Positions 1 through 8,987 of a stretch of 64,000 bases of DNA are shown one piece after another. Position 1 is the first letter of the stretch, and each line of letters opens with the position of its first letter. Position numbers and translations under genes: made by a program. The notes below the pieces were generated by a model, which saw only the letters and a list, made by a program, of their open reading frames with translations, had not been told where the DNA came from and did not search any database. The DNA is taken from positions 4,658 to 68,657 of the forward strand of contig CAWGPS010000030.1 of NCBI GenBank assembly GCA_963824505.1, read 5' to 3'. This DNA comes from an uncultured Actinomycetota bacterium. GTDB taxonomy: Bacteria; Actinomycetota; Actinomycetes; Mycobacteriales; Mycobacteriaceae.

Positions 1-498
1 TCCAAACGGGCAAATCGTTTGCAGATTAGCCCATGTCGGTCTCTATGCAGTTGCGCACCAATGGTATTCGGTACATCCGGTCCGCGTCGATGATGAATTC
101 GCGGCCCGAAGGCTTCCGCTTTCGTATCAGGACAATTGAATTTTTGGTGCGAAATTATTCGGAGCAGATGAGTGGTGCATCCCAGTTTCTAACTGTTCAT
201 CCGATTTGAGTGCACACCTGCTGGGCATGTAATTTTCGGTCCTGCAACGTCATTGACCGAAAATTGCGGATAGGCAGCGTTTCCAAAACGCTCGACACTG
301 CCGGCAGTACGGTTTGTCACAGCGGCATGGCTTGCCCTTCGTCGTAATCGGCATGGTTACAGGGATTTCCCAACATCGTTGGGAGCATGGATATTCCGTG
401 TATAGCGTGGCCATCCCCGGGGGGTCTCAGCCCTACCGAGAAGCTGAACGGTTGTGCAACTTGTGCGCGATGGGGGCGTTCGGGAGCCTCGAGTCGTC

Positions 499-1140
499 CT
501 ATCCCGCTTGCCTGGGGCTGCGCCGGTACGTCGCGACGTGCCCGAGCGCCATGTTCACAGCGAGTTCGACAGGTCGGGCGCTGCGCATCGTCTGCGCCAT
601 AAGCAATCCGCCTTGCAATGCGCTCATCATGGTCAATGCGAGCTCCTCTGAGTCGGCGTCGGGAGAGATTTCGCCGTTGTCGCGCATGGTCGCCAAGCCC
701 CTGGACAGGTATGACTGCCACTCGGCGAAGCTCTGCGCAAGCTCCCGCCGCGCCGAATCGGACCGTTCGGCAAGTTCACCTACGAGCGAGCCCAGCGGAC
801 AACCGCCGACACCTTGCGTCGCACGGGTCATGGCCACGACGTGATCACACCACCGCTGCAGCCCCTCCCACGACGAGACCTCGCCTAGATCGGGCTGCTG
901 GGCCGCGATGACGTGGCCGAGTTGGGTCTTCACGACCTCGCGAACGAGTGCGTCCTTGTTGGCGAAGTAGTGATACAGCTGCGACTTGCTCGTGCCGGTC
1001 GCCGCCATCACGTCGTCCAGGCTCGTCCCGGCCACCCCCTGCGTGTGGACGAGGGACGCCGCCGCAGCGACGATGCGGGCTCTGGTCGCCGCGCCGCGAG
1101 TCGTCAGCCGCGCAGCACTGGGGCGCTCCTTCGATGGCAT
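499..1140 (-). CDS. TetR/AcrR-family transcriptional regulator
   Basis: The ORF 499..1200 translation has an N-terminal TetR HTH (ARIVAAAASLVHTQGVAGTSLDDVMAATGTSKSQLYHYFANKDAL). I chose the ATG at 1140 (MPSKERP); the upstream AT-rich extension looks non-coding. Divergent to a redoxin gene. Confidence 0.85.
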   Translation of the reverse strand: MPSKERPSAARLTTRGAATRARIVAAAASLVHTQGVAGTSLDDVMAATGTSKSQLYHYFANKDALVREVVKTQLGHVIAAQQPDLGEVSSWEGLQRWCDHVVAMTRATQGVGGCPLGSLVGELAERSDSARRELAQSFAEWQSYLSRGLATMRDNGEISPDADSEELALTMMSALQGGLLMAQTMRSARPVELAVNMALGHVATYRRSPRQAG

Positions 1141-1159
1141 ACGCGAAGCGTATTTGGAT

Positions 1160-1175
1160 TGGACTTGATAGTCCA
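1160..1175. promoter_or_regulatory. Perfect 16-bp palindrome TGGACT-TGAT-AGTCCA in the TetR/redoxin divergent intergenic region; candidate TetR operator
   Basis: Read directly from the sequence. It lies in the 90-bp gap between the TetR start (1140) and the redoxin start (1231). Confidence 0.4.
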
Positions 1176-1230
1176 CTTTTGCTTGAGCACAATTTTTCAC
1201 GTAGTCCGGCTAACCCTCGGAGAGGATGAC

Positions 1231-1716
1231 ATGTCGCGCCTGAGCTATGGCCAGCAGTTCCCAGCGCTCGAAGTTCCCGCCGTTGGTGGCGGCACGATCT
1301 CGCTGCCCGGCGATCTCTCCGGCTCCTACGGCGTCGTCTTGATATACCGCGGGTCTTGGTGCCCGTACTGCAACGCGCAGCTGTCCGCGTTCTCTCGCGC
1401 GCTCGACACGCTGACCGAGCTCGGCGTCAAGGTCGTCGCCTTGTCTGTCGATGATGAAGAGACCTCTGCCGCGCTGGTCGCCAAGCGCAAGCTGCGCTTC
1501 CCCGCCGGCCACAGCGCGGACGCCGACAAGATCGCTGCAGCGACGGGAGCCTACGTGAACGACGATCCGCACTATCTGCAATCGACCGGCTTCATCTTGG
1601 CACCGGACGGGACGGTGCGGCTCGCCGTCTACTCGAGCGGCGCCATCGGCCGGCTGGTCGCCGACGATGTGATCGGCTTCATCCGGTACATAGCCGAACA
1701 CCCGGACGCGCGGTGA
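1231..1716 (+). CDS. Peroxiredoxin-like (AhpC/TSA, redoxin family) protein
   Basis: MSRLSYGQQFPALEV...VVLIYRGSWCPYCNAQL...VVALSVDD is a thioredoxin-fold peroxiredoxin pattern. GGAGAGG sits 6 nt upstream of the ATG at 1231. Confidence 0.8.
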   Translation: MSRLSYGQQFPALEVPAVGGGTISLPGDLSGSYGVVLIYRGSWCPYCNAQLSAFSRALDTLTELGVKVVALSVDDEETSAALVAKRKLRFPAGHSADADKIAAATGAYVNDDPHYLQSTGFILAPDGTVRLAVYSSGAIGRLVADDVIGFIRYIAEHPDAR

Positions 1717-2181
1717 GCGACACCGATCGTGCCGCCAGTGGCGTTGGCCGCGGTGCTGTCGAACCGGCCCCGACGGGACGGATGCGGCCGAGCCAGCTGT
1801 TGACAGCCTCGTTTACCCGGCCGAGCAGATCCCGGGTGACCACGTCGATGCAGTATTCAAAGACGGCAGCTCGGCACTTCCTATCGTCATCGGCAAGGTA
1901 CCGCCTCGCAAGCGTCGCAGGACGTATCCTTCAGCACCGTCTTCGTCTGAGTTGTGCTGCGCCCTTGAGGTTTTGGAATGAGGATCGAGGCGTGACATGA
2001 TGACGCTCAGACAAAATTTGTGCGGCAGTTGCTCACGGACCTTCATCGCCATTGGCCTGCCCGTTCGATCAGGCCGCCCCCATAACGATCCTCGTTTGCA
2101 CGACAGTCGAAGTAATAGGCGTGGCTGCCATCCCTAGCTGCCGTTCGGCCCATGGCACAGCTGACATAATAGGAGGAGCTT

Positions 2182-2613
2182 ATGAAACCAACAGCGGAAA
2201 ATAAGATCTTAAAATACAATTTGCTGTTTCTAGGTACAACAGTATTCTTATTTGGCTTTTTGAAATTCTTTGAGCCATTTCGCACTCAGTTCAACGTGCA
2301 AATCACCAAAAGTGGCTTGCCCCGATTCAGCCTTCCAACGGGCATTGCCGGAGAAATATCCATCGGCCTCGGCCTGCTTTCGGCTTCATGCCTCAGACAG
2401 AAACCCACGAATCTTTTCAACCTGATCGTGTCCGTCGCCTCAGCAGGACTGATTGCCACCATGGGAGGTGCGACCTATGTGCATTTGCACCCGGAGGTGC
2501 CAGCAAATGCGCTCCCTCTAAGAATAAAGCCTCCATTCATCCCTTTGTCCTATATGTTTTTGGCCACAGTGAATCTTTTTCAACTTTATCGAGGCAATAA
2601 GCGGCAATCCTAA
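2182..2613 (+). CDS. Small 4-TM membrane protein, DoxX-like; low-GC, probably foreign
   Basis: 143 aa with hydrophobic segments (LLFLGTTVFLFGFLKFF, GEISIGLGLLSA, LIVSVASAGLIATMGG, FIPLSYMFLATVNLF). Consensus AGGAGG lies 5 nt upstream of the ATG. Hand-counted GC is about 47%, against about two-thirds elsewhere. Confidence 0.6.
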   Translation: MKPTAENKILKYNLLFLGTTVFLFGFLKFFEPFRTQFNVQITKSGLPRFSLPTGIAGEISIGLGLLSASCLRQKPTNLFNLIVSVASAGLIATMGGATYVHLHPEVPANALPLRIKPPFIPLSYMFLATVNLFQLYRGNKRQS

Positions 2614-3115
2614 TGGCAGACCGAAACAGCGAGGGACAGATCAAAGCGATGTTTGCCGGTACGGGCGCGCGCCGGTCGCAAGCGTCGGCCGGTATACCGC
2701 CCCGCCCCACCGGGAGGCGACTGGGAGACGCGCTACCGTCGATGCGCGACGCGGGATGGGGTGCCCCGACGGGCAAGGCGAGGTCCATCCCTCTTCCGAC
2801 GCTCCTGCCATGCCAAGGGAGAATTACGTGTACGGGTCATCGCGGATCCTCTGTCTCCGCCTGGCGACACCCGTCGGTCGGCAATCGCAACGATCGTCTC
2901 GTCAACGTTGAACCTGTCGCCTTGTGCGGCAGAGTCATTGGCATAAGGCGTTCGTTAACGACCCATAAGCTCGTCGAATGGCGGCAGCGGTCAAAACCAC
3001 AAGGGAGATATCGGTCCCCATTGGGCCGGCGCACCCCCGCCCACGGATCTGTTCGGACCCATCGCCAACCTCAAAGACTGGGAGGTATTCGGAGCAGACA
3101 ACGAAGGATTGCGCG

Positions 3116-3697
3116 GTGCGAGATGACATCGTTCCGGGAGCAGTCTTCCCGGACTACGAGCTGACCGATTACACGAAGACCCGGCGGCGGCTCAGCGAGC
3201 TGCAGGGCATCGACCCTTTGGTCTTGTTGCTCTCGCGCGGCCACTTCTGCCCCAAGGACCACCAGCAGCATCTCGAGTTGTCCGCCAACTACTCCAAGTT
3301 CGCGGTCGCGTACACCACGATTGTCACGGTCTCGACCGACAACATCGCGGTTACCGGCGAATTTCGTGCATCCGTTGGGGCGCAATGGACTTTCCTCTCC
3401 GATGCCGGGCGCAAGGTTCAGAAAGACTTACAGATCCAGGAGTACACCGACCCGTACCATGACCCGATGATTCCCCATACGCTTGTGCTCAAGCCCGGCT
3501 TGGTGATCCACAGCATCTACAACGGCTACTGGTTCTGGGGCAGACCTTCGCTGGAGGACCTCCGACGCGACCTTCGCGAGGTGACCCGTGACATTCGACC
3601 CGACTGGGATCCTTCGGCGCCCAGCCTGCGCGATGCATGGAACGCAGGAGACCACTCGCACCACTACCCGTATCCGCTGCACAGCGGTCGTGACTGA
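3116..3697 (+). CDS. Redoxin / peroxiredoxin-like thioredoxin-fold protein
   Basis: FPDYELTDYTKTRRRLSELQGIDPLVLLLSRGHFCPKDHQQHLEL...IVTVSTD. GTG start at 3116 with GAAGGA 7 nt upstream. The track ORF begins at 2978, but that extension looks non-coding. Confidence 0.7.
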   Translation: MRDDIVPGAVFPDYELTDYTKTRRRLSELQGIDPLVLLLSRGHFCPKDHQQHLELSANYSKFAVAYTTIVTVSTDNIAVTGEFRASVGAQWTFLSDAGRKVQKDLQIQEYTDPYHDPMIPHTLVLKPGLVIHSIYNGYWFWGRPSLEDLRRDLREVTRDIRPDWDPSAPSLRDAWNAGDHSHHYPYPLHSGRD

Positions 3698-3911
3698 TTC
3701 TGGAAACACGTTGCCCGTAACCACTACTGCGACCTCAGGTTCAGGATGATGCGGTCGACAGCGCTGGGGCCGTGACGAGACGGAACCGATCGCACCTTGA
3801 ACGTGAGTAGCGAACATCGGCGCTTGCCGACGCCGTTTACGCGCTGGCATTGAAGCCGAATGGGAACCCGACGCGGAAAGTTCGAGTAAGAACACCAAGG
3901 TGTCCGAAAAG

Positions 3912-3984
3912 TGGAGCTAAGGGGATTCGAACCCCTGACCTTCTCGATGCGAACGAGACGCGCTACCAACTGCGCCATAGCCCC
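3912..3984 (-). tRNA. tRNA-Ala (anticodon CGC)
   Basis: The reverse complement GGGGCTATGGCGCAGTTGGTAGCGCGTCTCGTTCGCATCGAGAAGGTCAGGGGTTCGAATCCCCTTAGCTCCA folds as a cloverleaf. It has the G3:U70 Ala identity pair, anticodon loop TTCGCAT and T-loop GGTTCGAATCC. Confidence 0.93.
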
Positions 3985-4034
3985 TGATCGCTAGCAGGCT
4001 ACCAGCCGCGGCCCCGAGCGCCGAACTGCGAGCG

Positions 4035-5084
4035 TTACTGACCGACCGCGCGGGGCAAGTCCCGCGACCAACCGTAGTGCCGCATCGGCATCGCGTCGTC
4101 CAGGTGCTCGAAGATGGGGTCCTCGTCGTCGATTTCCAGCACCACCGCGCCGGGCCGCCGGAGCCGCGACGGCACCAGGTCGTATTCGCGGTCGTACGCG
4201 TTCTCCACGCCGAGCCGCGCCCGCGCCATCCGCTGCATCCTGCGGCGCCGCACTTTCTCCTCGATGCGGGTCTGCCGCCGTAGGTATGCCAGGTAGAGCA
4301 CGGTCACGCCGGTCGCGCTGCCGCAGAGCCACCATGCCGTCGGGGTTACTTCGAACGCCGCCGTGGCCGATCCGACCAGGATGACGGCCATCACCATCAG
4401 CACGCGCTTGCGGAACGCGTACTTGCGTGCGGTGACCGCGGCCGCGGTCTTCGTGTCGAACCGACGCCGCCGCGAGCGCGGCGCCACGTTCGCCCACGCG
4501 CCCTCGTCCTCGTCCTCGGCTTCCTCCTCGGGCTCCAAACCGGATGAATCTTCGATGTACTCGTATTCGTCGTCGTGCTGGCCGAGGTCGTCGGATCCGG
4601 TTTCCGGGGCGTCGCCTTCGTCGACGGCGGCCACCTGCGGCCCGGACGCTGAGGCGACAACTCCCGCCGGCAGGGCCGCCGAGTCTTCGATAACGTCCAC
4701 ATCCAAGTAGTCGGGCTCGGTGTGCTCGTCGACCGCCATCTTCATGACCACCGGCCGCGTACGCTCCGCATCGCCGGCAGCGTCGTCGTGGATGTCATCG
4801 TCGTGGATGTCGGCTTCCGCGTGTTCGTTCCGTTCGGCGTCGGCGAGCTCGTCGTCGGCCGGCTCCTCCTCCGGCTGCCAGTCCGGGTCGCTGCGATGGC
4901 CCGCCGCGGGCCCGCTGCGCTTGATCAGCCGGGCGCCGTCCCCGCCGTTGAGGACTCGGGTCGCCAACGCGACGTCGCTGGTCCGCCGCACCGCGTCGCG
5001 TTTGCTGATCAGCATCGGGACCAAGACGAAGAGCCAGAGCACCACGAGCGAAATCCACAACAGAGATTGCGGGATGCTTGGCAT
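4035..5084 (-). CDS. Conserved membrane protein with acidic central region (Rv0996-like by position)
   Basis: 349 aa. N-terminal TM (LLWISLVVLWLFVLVPMLI), a D/E-rich middle and two further TM segments near residue 240. Confidence 0.75.
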   Translation of the reverse strand: MPSIPQSLLWISLVVLWLFVLVPMLISKRDAVRRTSDVALATRVLNGGDGARLIKRSGPAAGHRSDPDWQPEEEPADDELADAERNEHAEADIHDDDIHDDAAGDAERTRPVVMKMAVDEHTEPDYLDVDVIEDSAALPAGVVASASGPQVAAVDEGDAPETGSDDLGQHDDEYEYIEDSSGLEPEEEAEDEDEGAWANVAPRSRRRRFDTKTAAAVTARKYAFRKRVLMVMAVILVGSATAAFEVTPTAWWLCGSATGVTVLYLAYLRRQTRIEEKVRRRRMQRMARARLGVENAYDREYDLVPSRLRRPGAVVLEIDDEDPIFEHLDDAMPMRHYGWSRDLPRAVGQ

Positions 5085-5308
5085 GTGACCTGCTCCTTAC
5101 TGGACCCGATCCCCGCAAAGCCGTGGGTGGCCAGCGCAGCCGGATCGTGATGACCAGCACAATTACACACCTGTAATTTGCCTCTCACAAGCACCACTCG
5201 TCACTCGTGTCGCGATAGCCACAGATTGGCTGCCCTCGAGCGGTCAGGGATGTCGTGGCCGGTGCGTCGGTCCGGGCAGCGCCCGCGCCCGGCCGATGCG
5301 GCCGCCGC

Positions 5309-5983
5309 TCACGCCCAGCTGGCGTGACCGGCGCGGACCAGCGCCGATGCCACCGAGCCCTGCACTTCTTCGACCGTCATCGCCACGAGCAGGTGGTCGC
5401 GCCACGCCTTGTCCACCTCGAGGTACCGGAGCAACAGCCCCTCCTCCCGGAACCCGACCTTCGCCAGCACCGCCCGGCTCGCGGCGTTTTCGGGGCGCAC
5501 CGTCGCCTCGACGCGATGCAACCTGACCGGCCCGAAGCAGTGGTCGAGACCCAGCGCCAAGGCGGCGGTCGCCACCCCCGCGCCAGTCGCCCGCTTGGCG
5601 ACCCAGTAGCCGATCCACGCCGACCGCAGCGCGCCGTGAATCACGTTGCCGATGGTCAGCTGGCCGCAGAACTGGCCGTTGAGCTCGATGACGTAGGGCA
5701 GCATGCGGCCCTTCCGGGCCTCCGAACGCAGCCCGGAGCACAACGCGGGCCACGCCGCGACGGAGTGCCGGACCGTCCAGTCCTCCTCCGCGGTGGGTTC
5801 CCAGGGCTCGAGATGCGCACGATCGGCCAACCGGGTCCGGCTCCATTGCGCGGCATCACGCATCCGCACCTCGCGGAGCCGAACGACTCCCGCCGGAACC
5901 CGCAGCGGCCCGACGTCCAGGGGCCAGCCGGGGTGGCGGGAATTGGACCGAAGCAGGTTCACCAGCGTGGGCATGGGTCCCAC
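5309..5983 (-). CDS. rimJ: GNAT N-acetyltransferase, ribosomal-protein-alanine acetyltransferase-like
   Basis: GNAT core (IGYWVAKRATGAGVATAALALGLDHCF...RVEATVRPENAASRAVLAKVGFREEG). It abuts the moeA stop. Start is GTG 5983 or ATG 5974. Confidence 0.8.
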   Translation of the reverse strand: MGPMPTLVNLLRSNSRHPGWPLDVGPLRVPAGVVRLREVRMRDAAQWSRTRLADRAHLEPWEPTAEEDWTVRHSVAAWPALCSGLRSEARKGRMLPYVIELNGQFCGQLTIGNVIHGALRSAWIGYWVAKRATGAGVATAALALGLDHCFGPVRLHRVEATVRPENAASRAVLAKVGFREEGLLLRYLEVDKAWRDHLLVAMTVEEVQGSVASALVRAGHASWA

Positions 5984-7276
5984 TCAGCCGCGCTGCGCCA
6001 GGAAGGCCACGTCGACGATCTCGCCGGTGCGTATCTGCTCGGCGCCGGTGGGCACCACGACCAGGCAGTTCGCTTCGGCGAGGGTGGCCAACAGATGCGA
6101 CGACGCGCCGGGAGCGCCGCCCAGCGCCTGCACCAGGTACTCGCCGGTCTCCTGGTCGCGCATCAGCTGACCGCGCAGGTAGCCCTTGCGCCCGGCGACC
6201 GACGTGATCGGCGACAGCGTGCGGGCCTGCACGATGCGGCGCATCGGCTGACGCTTGCCGAGCGACAGCCGGATCAGGGGCCGGACCATCACCTCGAAGA
6301 CGACCAGAGCGCTGACCGGATTGGCCGGCAGCAAAAATGTGGGTACACCATCTCGGCCCAGCTGCCCGAAGCCCTGGACGGACCCCGGGTGCATCGCGAC
6401 CCGGACCACCTCCATCTCGCCGAGCTCGGACAGGACCGACCGCACCGCCTCGGCGGCCGCACCCCCGACGCCGCCGGCGATCACCACCACCTCCGCGCGG
6501 TTGATCTGGCCCTCGACCACCTCGCGCAGCTCGTTGGGGTCATTGCTGACGATGCCGATCCGGTTGACTTCGGCGCCGGCATCCCGGCCCGCGGCGGCCA
6601 GCGCATAGGAGTTGACGTCGTAGACCTGCCCGTTGCCCGGGGTGCGGGAGATGTCGACCAGTTCCCCGCCGACGGCCATGACCGACAACCGCGGGCGCGG
6701 GTGCACCAGCACCCGTTCGCGGCCGACCGCCGCCAGCAGGCCGACCTGGGCGGCCCCGACGACGGTGCCGGACCGCACGGCCACGTCGCCGGGCTGCACG
6801 TCGTCTCCGGCGCGGCGCACGTAAGCGCCCGACGGCGCCCCGCGGTAAATCCGGACGCGCTGCGTCCCGCCGTCCGTCCACCGCAAGGGCAGCACCGCGT
6901 CGGCCAGCGTGGGCAGGGGGGCACCGGTCTGCACCCGGACGGCCTGCTTGGGCTGCAGCCGGCTCGGGGTGCGGGTGCCGGCCTCGATGGTGCCCATCAC
7001 CGGCAGCACCAGCCCGTCGCGCGTGTCCTCCAAGCGGTCGGTGTCATCGGACGGTTCGCCGATTTCCTCGCTGCTGATCTCCCCCACGCCGAGCACGTCG
7101 ACGCTGCGCACCGCGTAGCCGTCGATCGCGGCCTGGTCGAAACCGGGCATCGGCCGCTCGGTCACCACTTCCTCGGCGCACAACAATCCCTGGGCCTCGG
7201 CGATCGCCACCCGGATCGGCCGCGGGGCCACCGCGGCGGCGGTGATCCGGGCCTGCTGCTCCTCCACAGAACGCAC
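5984..7276 (-). CDS. moeA: Molybdopterin molybdenumtransferase MoeA
   Basis: 430 aa full-length MoeA-like translation (DGYAV..., ...VVIAGGVGGAAAEAV...). Confidence 0.88.
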   Translation of the reverse strand: MRSVEEQQARITAAAVAPRPIRVAIAEAQGLLCAEEVVTERPMPGFDQAAIDGYAVRSVDVLGVGEISSEEIGEPSDDTDRLEDTRDGLVLPVMGTIEAGTRTPSRLQPKQAVRVQTGAPLPTLADAVLPLRWTDGGTQRVRIYRGAPSGAYVRRAGDDVQPGDVAVRSGTVVGAAQVGLLAAVGRERVLVHPRPRLSVMAVGGELVDISRTPGNGQVYDVNSYALAAAGRDAGAEVNRIGIVSNDPNELREVVEGQINRAEVVVIAGGVGGAAAEAVRSVLSELGEMEVVRVAMHPGSVQGFGQLGRDGVPTFLLPANPVSALVVFEVMVRPLIRLSLGKRQPMRRIVQARTLSPITSVAGRKGYLRGQLMRDQETGEYLVQALGGAPGASSHLLATLAEANCLVVVPTGAEQIRTGEIVDVAFLAQRG

Positions 7277-7315
7277 GGCGTGCCTTTCTGCCCTCTGATG
7301 CCGTGACGGGTCCGG

Positions 7316-8230
7316 CTAGCGCTCGGTCAGGCCCAGCCGTTCGACCAACCACCGCCGCAGTTCCGGGCCGTAGTCGTCACGATCCAAAGCAAAGTCAACC
7401 GCAGCCTTGAGGTAGCCGCCGGGATTTCCCAGGTCGTGTCGAGAACCCCGATGCACGACGACATGCACGGGATGTCCCTCGGAGATCAGCAGTGCGATCG
7501 CATCGGTGAGCTGGACTTCGCCGCCGGCCCCGCGGTCGATGCGACGCAAGGCGTCGAAGACGGCGCGATCGAGCACGTAGCGGCCCGCCGCGGCGAACAT
7601 CGACGGGGCGTCCTCGGCCTTGGGCTTCTCGACCATGCTCGTTAACCTTCAGCACGTCCGGATTGTCGTCGTCGAGGGCAACGGCTCGACATCGAAAACC
7701 CCGTAGGCGCTGATCTCTTCGGGGGTCACCTCGATGGCGCACAACACCGTGCCGCCGTAGTGGGCCCGCACCTTCGACATCGTCTCCAGCACGCCGGTGG
7801 GCAGCACCAGGTCGTCGGGCAGCAGCACGGCCACGGCGTCCTCGTCGTCGGACAGCCTGGGCTCCACGCAGCCGATCGCGTGGCCCAGCCCCAGCGGTTC
7901 GTACTGCACGACCGACTCGACCTTGATCAGCTGCGGCGCCCGCCGCACCTTGGCGAGCATCGCCTTCTTGCCCCGCTCCTCCAGCGTGCTCTCGAGAACC
8001 AGGTCCTCGACGAAGTGCGCGACGACGCCGTCCTTGCCCTCGGAGGTGATGATGATCAGCCGTTCGGCGCCGGCCTCGGCCGCCTCGGCCGCGACCAGTT
8101 CGATCCCGGGAGTGTCGACGACCGGCAGCAGTTCTTTGGGCACCGTTTTCGTCGCGGGCAGGAAGCGGGTACCGAGTCCGGCCGCGGGCACGACCGCCGT
8201 GCGCGGAACCCCCGCATTTGGGCATGACAT
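7316..8230 (-). pseudogene. galU: UTP-glucose-1-phosphate uridylyltransferase GalU, interrupted as sequenced
   Basis: The N-terminal ORF 7649..8230 (PAAGLGTRFLPATKTVPKELLP) and the C-terminal ORF 7316..7636 (MVEKPKAEDAP...) are in the same frame, separated by an in-frame TGA at 7649-7651. The roughly 40-nt stretch between them reads sensibly (LDDDNPDVLKVN) only in another frame. That implies one deletion near 7676 and one insertion near 7638. Confidence 0.7.
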
Positions 8231-8306
8231 TGTTCACACCATAACCGGCATTTGGTTCGTCGAGTCGATGTGGCGGTGGGAAAGCTTGGGCTGTCATCGT
8301 TGACGA

Positions 8307-8942
8307 ATGCCGATCATGACCAAGGCCGCGTTGCGCGAGAAGCTGCTGGCGGCCCGCCGCGGCGTGACCGACGACGTTCGCGCCGCCGAGGCGCGACTGC
8401 TCGATCAGCAGCTAGAGCCGGTGGTGTCGAGCGGCAGCACGGTGTGCGCCTACGTCCCCGTCGGCACGGAGCCGGGATCGATAGACATGCTCGACACGTT
8501 GCTGCTTCGATCGGTGCGCGTGCTGCTGCCGGCCGCGCGCACCGGCGTGGGCGACTCCCCGTTGCCGCTGCGTTGGGGCGAGTACCGGCCCGGCCAGCTC
8601 ACCCGCGGCCGGTGGGGGCTGCTCGAGCCGCCGGAACCGCTGCTGCCCCCCTCGGCGCTGGCCGAGGCGGCCCTGGTGTTGGTGCCGACGCTGGCCGTCG
8701 ACCGCCGCGGGGTCCGGTTGGGCCGGGGCAGCGGCTTCTACGACCGCTCCCTCGGCGGGCGGGACCCGGCCGCCCGCCTCGTCGCCGTGGTCCGCGACGA
8801 CGAGGTGCTCGACGAGCTACCGGCCGAACCGCACGACGTGCGGATGACCGACGCCCTCACGCCGCACGGTGGGCTGATCCCCCTGTTTGGCGGTGGGCAC
8901 GCCGGGGAATGCGACAAGTCACGTGGCGGTTCTAGCACTTGA
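8307..8942 (+). CDS. 5-formyltetrahydrofolate cyclo-ligase
   Basis: MTKAALREKLLAARR...VPTLAVDRRGVRLGRGSGFYDRSL is the MTHFS signature. Alternative start ATG 8316. Confidence 0.85.
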   Translation: MPIMTKAALREKLLAARRGVTDDVRAAEARLLDQQLEPVVSSGSTVCAYVPVGTEPGSIDMLDTLLLRSVRVLLPAARTGVGDSPLPLRWGEYRPGQLTRGRWGLLEPPEPLLPPSALAEAALVLVPTLAVDRRGVRLGRGSGFYDRSLGGRDPAARLVAVVRDDEVLDELPAEPHDVRMTDALTPHGGLIPLFGGGHAGECDKSRGGSST

Positions 8943-8987
8943 GACGTTAGAGTGCTAACCAGGGTTTGCGATCATCCGGAGGTTTTT

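Noticed and set aside
1717-3115. Small ORFs in the low-density region (1713..2000, 1813..2052, 2043..2285, 2613..3164 and others)
   Set aside because: Their translations are low-complexity or Arg-rich, lack an RBS and mutually overlap. They could be relics of decayed genes, but nothing is recognisable.
5255-7306. 683-aa plus-strand ORF spanning rimJ and moeA
   Set aside because: Arg/Pro/Gly/His-rich translation with no family resemblance. It is the antisense shadow of two well-supported minus-strand genes in high-GC DNA.
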